DNA of 64,000 nt from Auanema rhodensis. Its lineage: Eukaryota > Animalia > Nematoda. The DNA lies in assembly GCA_964057225.1 (NCBI GenBank), contig OZ059898.1:4836001-4900000 (forward strand). The letters are read 5' to 3'. The first letter of the stretch is position 1; each line of letters begins with the position of its first letter. The notes beneath the pieces were generated by a model, which saw only the letters and a list, made by a program, of their open reading frames with translations, was not told the origin of the DNA and searched no databases. A program made the translations under genes and the position numbers. Below, piece after piece: positions 54,966 to 64,000 of this stretch.

Positions 54966-57900
54966 TTACCTAGCTTGCGGACGACTACCAAATCGTGCAG
55001 CTACTCCACTAGGTTGATCTCTTTCTCCTTCCGCTACTTTCATAAAGTTGTCGACCTGCAAGAAAATATACGATTAAATATATTTTTCATAATAAAAGCA
55101 ATGCGAGCTATTTGTACTAATCGTCATTCTACAAAGATTTTACGAAAAAATCGATTCAGGTTAAAATATTTACAAAAGCGGAAAAACATGGGCAGAGTGC
55201 AGCGTAAGCGCGTGAAATGCCACTGAGAAGCCTTTCAAGCTCTGCTTGGATGGCCACACGCACATCCGCTCACGTTCTCCCAAGCAGCATTTTTTCTTTT
55301 TGCGTTCCTTGATGGTGAATGCGACCTGCGCCTAAATTTTATGCTCATAGTGTCAGAATCATATGTTGGATCCATGAATGAACTGTTGATTTAAATCTTC
55401 TAACTAACATATTATTTTAATAATTAGATTATGACAATATAACCGTAAAGCTTGTTACTGGTTGATTGGAAACATCCGAAAAGGAGTCCATCAAGCCGAG
55501 CCAGTAGCAAACAGAACAGGCAACTTATCAATCAGTCAGACAACTTACTATGATTGTAATTGGAAGAGCTAGAACAAGAACTCCACAGGCAATTGCCCCT
55601 GTTGCCACAAGCTTTCCGGCTACAAATTAAATGTTATTGTAAAAAATTAAGGAATGAACTTACGAACTGTTACTGGTGTTAAATCCCCATAACCTAAATT
55701 GCATAATTCAGAATTTAAAAAGCTTTAACAATCAAATGGACAAACAAAACACTACATTATACTTACCAACTGTAGTCATTGTAACAATACACATGAAAAC
55801 AGATATATTAGATCAAGTTGAAAATTTATTTCAAAAATGATGAAATAATTTAATAATTGTAGACTTACCACCAACAGGCAGCAGGAATAGATGAAAATCC
55901 GGAGTTAGGTTCATCTTTCTCCAGGAAGTAAACAAGAGTCGAGAAAAAGATAACACCGGTCAGAACGACCATAGCCATCATGCCAAGTTGTCGGAACGAA
56001 GCCTGTACATAGTGTTAAAATTGTTCAAAATATACTATAGCCATTTTACTTTTAATGTCTTTCCAAACATTTGTAATCCACTGCTGTACCGACCAAGTTT
56101 CAATACTCGAATAACTCGAAGAACCCGTAAAATTCGAATCACAAGAAATGCTCCCTGTATAAAATAAAGTTTAAAATCAAATTTAAACTTCTGCCAACCT
56201 TTAGATCACGTAGCTGATCTGTGCTTACTCCTACCAGGAGGAGCATCATCTCAATTACAAAAGGCAATATTGCCATCAAATCAATAATATTTAAAAGCTG
56301 GAAAAATGTCTTTCTTCTTTCAGCAGTTACAAGCATTTTAATAGCTGAAAGTAAATTATTTAATTGAATGTATATAATAATATTTTTACCGTATTCAAGA
56401 GTAAACCAGACTATACAAACATATTCGACATATCCAATAATAGGCAAAGGCTCCATATCGACAATTGGTCCTAAAAACTTGAAGAATTGCATGAAAACTA
56501 TTGACTAAACTAACCATTTGTAACATTCTTTACAATTGGTATTTGTAGCTCTGGTAAAGAACCCAGAACAAGACCAGATATGGAAATTAACACAAACAGA
56601 ACCGACAATGTTGCAAATATTTGAGCAAAAATTGAGCTGCAATAAAGTTGTTTTCTTCTAATTATAGTTTGATGGCATACCTGGCCGGTTCTTCTATAAC
56701 ATTCCAAATTTTTCTTCTGAATTCGCCCAAATACAAGCTCTTAAATAGGTTTGGCTTCTCTTCCGAAGCAATTGATGAGCTATCATCTCCCTCAAAATAA
56801 TTTGTTTACCAAATAACTAAAAAATAATAACACACTTTTTCATCTATACAACAGCAAGGAGCTAAGTAATCGTCAGGAACGATTCCCCAATATTCCAATT
56901 CATCCAAGATATCATTAGGACATAAATGGGATGGTTGATGAATTTGTCCTATAAATATCATGTATATATGTAACACATATTAAATAAATAATAATACCAG
57001 TTAAATAAAATTGATATACAATATGAAAAAGAGCTGGAGGTCTTTCAAAATAATATTCTTGAGTTTGTTCGAGAAAAGCATCAAATTCTGCTAGAGAAGA
57101 ATCTTTTACCAAACAATGTAGTCTGCCTGAAACAAATATAAATTACATCTAGTCAATATCAAAAATTATTAAATAATTCATTTTATTTCAAATAATTATC
57201 TTTTACAATTTTTCTATTAATATTAGTAAATTATATTGATAAATAAGATTATTAATGATTTTCGGATTATTAAAGTTAAATAATTTAACTCACCAACTCC
57301 TCGTTTTTGTACCGTATCCCGCTTTAACATGAAACATGCTCCTCCAACATTTAGTCGAAGAAAGGTCGATGAAGCTGCGGAATCGACAATTATCCCCTGT
57401 AAGTTTATAGAGTTTTATTATTATCTTAGCATGAAACAAAAATTACCTTTTGAATATTTGGAAGTATATCTTCAGAACAAGAATTGATTTCAGCGAATAG
57501 AAGATGATTTTCATCGTCATTCACTTTCTCAGGATCAGGCTGCGTTGATCTAAACAATGTAAAATTAATGAATTATAGATTAAAAGAATTAATTATACAA
57601 ACTTTTTTTAAACTTTTATTTAAAAATATTATTTTTATTGAAATGTTTGAGAAATATTGTGTTTTCAATTGTTCAAAAATACAAATATACCGAAAAATAA
57701 TTATAATTTTTGTTATTTTTCTTCAAATATAGAAAGTTTTTAATAGAGTTATGTAATATAATCTATCTAACCGTCTTCTGGTACGATTTCTAAAGCTTAG
57801 TTTATCTGTTGGAGCAATATTGAACGCTCGAACATTCCTATGCCTGTTCAAACGGCTTATGCCGTGAGAAGTAGCCATGATTGAGCCCTGTAGAATGGCT

Positions 57901-60900
57901 GAGTTCATGCTGACTTGGCATAGAAGACAAAATGTTTAATTATAGGTGTGAAAGGAAGTGAATATTTTTTTCTTCTGAGCTTGAACTGCTGTGGCTAGGT
58001 TTCCAAAGTTCAAGATGTAAGTAAGTAAAACGTTTAGAATCTAGTAGTCTACGCAGAGTTGGCAACGTTGGAGATATTTGGATATTATTGTTCGTGGCTA
58101 ATATTCCTCTTTAGTACAAGCTCGTCTGAACAAGAGGAAAACGATATTTATCCTCTATTAAAGTTAAGATCAGGTTCCAGAACACTATCTAAAAGGGAAT
58201 GAGATAATAGAAACGAAAATAAATATAAAAGAATATGAAATGTATAGGAATTACAAGAGTATTTCAGATATGTAACTGAGATTATGAGTACTAAGCAGTA
58301 ATCAGACTAATATTAGTTATAAAACTGGACAACTGATGCAATATCATGATTAAAAAGTATAAAATGAATTCTCATTACATTCTATAACTACATTCTGATG
58401 TACGAAGGTTTTCAACTTATTGATATTTTACTTAGTATTATATACAAAGCCTAGATAGAGCATGTGTTGTCACGAGGGATGGTGCATGAGAAAAAGTTAG
58501 GAGCTTGAACATTTATATACGGAAGTTCGTGAGACAGGTGAAGCCAGATCGTCAAAACATCTCTAATTGTGCATTTGTATATGCATGTGCGAATTTGCTT
58601 TGTAAAAGAAAAACTACTATCATGAAGCAATCAAATAGAAGACATTTGACAAGATTCATGAACAAAGAAGTAGCAATATGAAGAAGATAAAATGATAAAT
58701 ATCAATATTATTATATATAGTTAGATTATCAGTGTTAATATGATTTAATATGCATAGAACATAAACTCAGCATTACTGAGTAGTTTAGTAGTCAGTCAGT
58801 TGAGGAAGCAAGAAAGAATTCTATTATATCTCAATTTTCATTTCATGTTCTCTATTTCTTTCTCATAGCAACGAAATCAATTTAAATAGAATAGGTTATA
58901 ATCAAATTATAAATTTTTTTTAAATACAAACTATACATATAGAATAACTTTGAAGAAAAGAAGAAATACATCTTCAAATGACTAACGTTTTTTTCTGAGA
59001 GAAAATGGCAAAATAAGATTGCAGAAGCAAACATCTGACGCTATTAGAATGTTCACCGGTGTCTAGTAATGAACAAGGTGTGGGAGGCACATTAAAAGCT
59101 TGCATTTTCAATCGGCATTTGAATGAGGATTTGTCAAAAAGCTATCCAGAAATATAAGAAAGCGGATTGATGTTTGCCAATCGTTAAAGCTTAGAATGAA
59201 TACTATTAACTATACTAATCCTATGCACTTGAAAAGAACGAATAAAATTCTATTGTGAGTTAAAGGCGCTTGTTTTAAACTTTATTCCAATTTTATAGGA
59301 ATTCTATTTGTACTACCTAGAAATGATAGAATACAATTTTTGAATTAACTTATTTTCTATAATAGTTATTAATATTATATGTATATATATATATATAATA
59401 TAAATAGAACAAAGATGATTATATGAAGATAGATATGATGTTAGTGTATGTGGTGGCTATCGCGGTGTTCCTTCTTAATACATAAAAAAAGGAAAAGAAA
59501 ATATGAAACGTAAAGAAGCTGAAGATAGATGATAGAAAGAAAATAAGGAGGGAACGGAAGGAAAAATCATAGTTGGTTTTATGAAAAAAGACGAGGAGAT
59601 GCAGATGATGTCTCTTCAATATAAATCATGTGGTTATCGTTAGTTCTTCTCATGTATCATGCTTCTCTATCAGATTTCTTAATCTTGAATCTCATATTTG
59701 GATTCATTCACTTCATCTGATAGATTTTGAATATTCAATGAATAGTTGAATCAAGCTTCATATGAACAGCTTTGTTCAAAACTAATTATATTCTTTCAGC
59801 CAAGCTGTTTCTCTTAATTTTATGTTATTATATTAAGCTATCAATTAGTTATCTAATGCGTAGTATGCTTTGATCTCTTTATGAGTGAGAGAAAAATGAA
59901 ATATAACAATATATTCATCTATATATACTATATGAATATGTTTAGTATAAAATAACAAAAAAAAAATATTTTTAAACAGAACATTGATCTTAAAAAATAA
60001 TTCAAACCTTTTGATTTTGCGTGCTATAGGCTGCCATTTGTTGGATGGTTTTGTATACCGTTTAACATTAGTTCCGTACATGTTGCAATATTAAATAATA
60101 TGTTATTAAATAGTTCAGTTAGATAAAATATTATTAGTAAACAATACTAATTATCGTATGGGTACAATTTTAAAAATAAAACATTTTAAATTTGAAATAA
60201 TATAGAGAAGATATAGAGCTTGTCTATATGTTTCTATTGAACACAATGAAACTGAATTGTTGAGGGGATTGGTATGTTGGCAGTCACCGCAATATTTTCA
60301 GGAATGTGCTATTGATAGTTAAAGTGAAATTATTTTACTGCTTTGTCCAGGTAATATACATGTATATAAATATATAAATATCTCTATTTCTCTCTGAGTT
60401 CAATATGGAATCTTAGAAACACCTGCTTATTTCATTATTTCTCGGAAGCATAATCTAATCACTAACAATCAATTCGAGACATTTGGATAACTATGGTTGG
60501 ATTTCTCGTTGATTTGCCCATTTCCTGTCGTTCTCTTTTCCTTCCGTTGCTGCTATGACTAGCGTCTTACTCTCTGCACGCCCTTCTTTCTTATATTCTC
60601 AAATGCTCTCTAGCATATGCTTAATCTTTTCATCATCACTCATAGAAACTGTGATAGCTAAGATTAAAAATATTGCATATCCCAGTTACAGCTATTGTTA
60701 TTATTATAACACAGTATTTTAAAAAGCTAATGAAAGACGAAAGCTTAGCTGTTGTCATGTGATCCAAGCATCTGCCATCTAATATAGCCAAAAATGGCAA
60801 TGAAGCTGTTATACTCATTATAAAGCGATCCGCATGCTACTATGCTCATAAAGAATATATAAAACAATTTTGAAAACGTTATAAAATATATTTTGGTATA

Positions 60901-62955
60901 CAAATAGCATAAGTTCATTAAATATAAAAATATTTTTACTTATGTATGTATACTTACACATATGTAGATATGTTTAGTTGAGGATAGTATGATTGCTATC
61001 GAAGAAACAACATCATATGATTTAGAGGAAAGAGATATGTCGCATAGGAAATAATGAACTATTAATCTTTTGGAATTGGTTGTTATTATGAAGAAACCAA
61101 GTTAACTATGTTTCTTTAACTTAACATGAAACAATCAAATAGAAAATCAAAAGATATATAGATTATGCTAGAAAAGTGTTTGAAAGTAGAAATGACAATG
61201 ATGCGAAGACAGAGGAATGATCATTATAATTCATGATCTAGAAGGACATGAGAATATCGGCAAGAATACGCTGCATGTGGATGGAAAAAATATGCTCGTA
61301 CGTCAGAAGGACGTTATGTAAATGACAGTGGCGCTTAAATTACTATTTTTAACTTTTTTTCTCATTTCAGATTTGTCAATACATATTCATTCGTATATCT
61401 TTCAGATTCCTTACCTTTTCAATCGAGATCCTATTGCTCCTTGGGAAATTCGCCTGTCCGAGTCAGTTACTCCTGAATAAGAAGATAATGAAATGGTGTT
61501 GCAAACGAAGTTGTAAAAGCGGAAGTATGACGAATATTAATTACTAAACTTCAACTGCTTACTTCACTCTGAGAACATATCTCACATTCACAATAGGTAG
61601 AATATAACAATTGCATTATTACTATATACATATGTATATGGAATTAGAAAATGTTTTAAATCTCATTCATCAAAATCTTTTCATCTTAATTTATCTTTTA
61701 GAAATTGAAATAAAATAATTAGATAATATTAATAATTATATATTCATGGAAATAAGAATAGATTCAAAACTAACCATAACTACGACGAGAAAGTACAGAT
61801 GCAGTCATTTCTCTTCTTTGATGAATAACTGCAGACAATCGTGGACCACAGAAGCCATTTGTGCTAGAAACTGTATGAAAGCAATAAGAAAATGTGATTA
61901 AATGAAAACAAATTAGCTAATTTTTGAAACAGAATAGAAAAATATTGTGCTGAAACCAGTGTGAATGACTACTGTGGATAAGGAAAGTTTTGTATCCAGA
62001 TGTCACTCATGCCAACATGGTGTGGTAGGCGGGGTCACGTCAAAGTTGTTGGGATATTTGTTCCTTCATTTTCGTGAGCATGGAAAGGTCACATTTTAAG
62101 AATATTGTATTCGGATAAAGCATCTTAAAGTACCAACACAACTCTGCTGGACTAGTCGGAACAGAATTTCAGATATCAGAGTGATGTTTGGGTAGAAAAG
62201 TTTGTTTATACTCTTGAAAATATGTAGAGAACTACTAGCGTGATCAAAGGTAATATGCCAAAATATAAGAACGGAGTTCATGTTGAGCTGAGCACTGAGT
62301 TCCTCATATTATATCGTAATATTTTGCTCTTTTTTAATATTGTTTTTATATTATTTAAGAATAAGATATAAAGCATAATATGAACTTTGAAAAAGTTATA
62401 TAAAAAAGAAGTTTTCGGGGGAAAAGTTACAATATTTTAGCGCTTTCACAATGAGAATAAGTCATTGGATATGAAAAGAAACAGCTTATGCGTAAGTTGC
62501 TTTTATGAAAAGACCACATGTAAACGTCTGATGAGGTTCAGACGACAAGAGAAAGAGAGAAGTAACATCGCCAAAGGAGAACGACGTTCTGACGAGTTTT
62601 GATGACTTTTTGATTAATGACTCAAGTAAGAAATGCAGGATAGTGGGGCTCTGTATAGAGAATAGAAAAGAGAAGAGATGGAAGAAAAAGCAAAAAATAG
62701 AACTTCAACAGAATAAGTAAAGAAGTGATATGAATCTAAAAAATGACAAAAATGATCACTGACCCAAGGATGTTTGGCTTCCAGAATATGCTCCTGAACT
62801 GACTACACCTTTAGCGCTACTCCCAAACCGCACAGCTTGATGGCTGAAAAATTTGATTAAGAAATGCAATTTAGTGTTTTTTTTGTTTCCAACTTTGCAA
62901 TTTTTTAATTCTTTTGATGGGGGAAAATAAGTATTAGTCAAGGAACTTACCTCAT
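54966..62955 (-). CDS. kvs-4: Voltage-gated K+ channel (Kv2/Shab-related KVS family), two alternative N-termini
   Basis: T1 domain FLRLNVGG...EYYFER; S4 IRILRVLRVIRVLKLGR; pore WWCIVTMTTVGYGD; S6 LALPITII. The short isoform starts at 57908 (MNSAILQG); the long isoform uses exons 62951-62955, 62764-62843, 61775-61870 and 61415-61472. The symbol is from recollection of the KVS-4 N-terminus. Confidence 0.88.
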
Positions 62956-64000
62956 TAGTATTAGATTGTTGTGAATTAAAAGCTAAAGTATAATGAAGAA
63001 CATTCGAATTTCAGATGTTCACAACAATATTTTGGAGAAATAGCTGCAAAAACAGCTGGATTTATTGGTTCAAATAAGACAATAGTAATAAACAAAGAAT
63101 TAAAAGGTATTTCTGAAATATCTTTTATGATCTCTAAGAATCTTTGATCATAATCGATAAATTTTGGTCTTAAAAAGAGGAAGTAATAATATTTTATATA
63201 AAACAATACATTTTATAAAAAGGAAAATTAGAAGAAAAAGAAATTAATTACAGTTTTCCTTAATCCAGAAAATTATGAAATTTTTAAGCGAAAAGATTAA
63301 AGACAAATGATTCGTCCTGAAAGTTCCAACATCCAAAAAGTTAGTCTTGAAGAAGTTTGCCCTGGTTAGGAGCTGCGTTTTGCAGATGAATTCTCTCATT
63401 GGTAATGTATTGGTGAAAGATGAACAACAACAGTAGGAGAAACATAGAAAGATATCGAAAGTATAAGAGAAGAATCAACTGACAAAAGCGGAAAAAACTA
63501 ATATAAGTAAAAAAAAAATTAAATTGTCTTCTTGTACTACCACAGTACACTTAATTATATTTGTATATAAAAGACTTTTTTAATTTGATGATAGTTGATC
63601 ATAAATCTTATTATATTGGTTCAATAATTATTCTGCATATCTGAACTTCTGGACTCAAAATATGAAACTAAATTTCCACGGTTGTTGCTATTCTGAAGTA
63701 TGAAACATATGTTTTTGAGATGATTAAGCATTCCAGAATTTTTTATTTAAGATAGGGACTAACCAACGATGATAAAGAGAACTTCTCACATATAAAACTA
63801 GTAAGTTCAATATAATATATATTTTGATATTAAGTATAAAGCTTTGTATAAGTTTAAAATAATTTTTTTTCTGTTTCCATCATGAAAAAAACTTTAAGAA
63901 ACACTATATATTCAAAGTAAAAAGACTAAAACGTTTGAAAAGATGTGTAAAATGATAGATAGTATTAATAGTATATGAAGATATGAGTTGTTGAAGACGT

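Noticed and set aside
62524-62600. CTGATGAG hammerhead-like core
   Set aside because: It is part of a simple CGTCTGA/TCAGACG hairpin; no stem II-GAAA-stem III topology.

Overview
AT-rich eukaryotic DNA, almost certainly from a rhabditid-type nematode: many ~40-55 nt introns, TTTCAG-like acceptors, operon-like spacing, and proteins closest to C. elegans genes. About 19 protein-coding genes (all spliced except single-exon OST4) were reconstructed by hand: divergent syntaxin (-), act-5-like actin (+), PEX19 (+), Abitram/FAM206A (+), non-alpha nicotinic receptor subunit (+), unc-50 (-), OST4 (-), unc-69/SCOC (+), OSGEP/Kae1 (-), TMEM55/PIP4P (-), HIP1R/Sla2 (-), PRC1/SPD-1-like (-), 81-aa secreted orphan (+), C1QBP/cri-3 (-), DDX60-like helicase (-), REEP5/Yop1-like (+), 172-aa 7-exon orphan (+), GuaD-type guanine/guanosine deaminase (+) and a Kv channel (kvs-4-like, -). 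No tRNA, rRNA, transposon or CRISPR was recognised. The most notable observations are: an upstream exon that can splice in frame to give actin a 61-aa N-terminal extension; a GT-AT intron with no AG before the Kv pore-helix micro-exon; a syntaxin with Ala at the SNARE zero layer; alternative termini in the Kv channel, deaminase and UNC-69; and two SL2-type operon junctions. Gene names come from recalled motifs, not database searches, and exon structures need RNA-seq confirmation.
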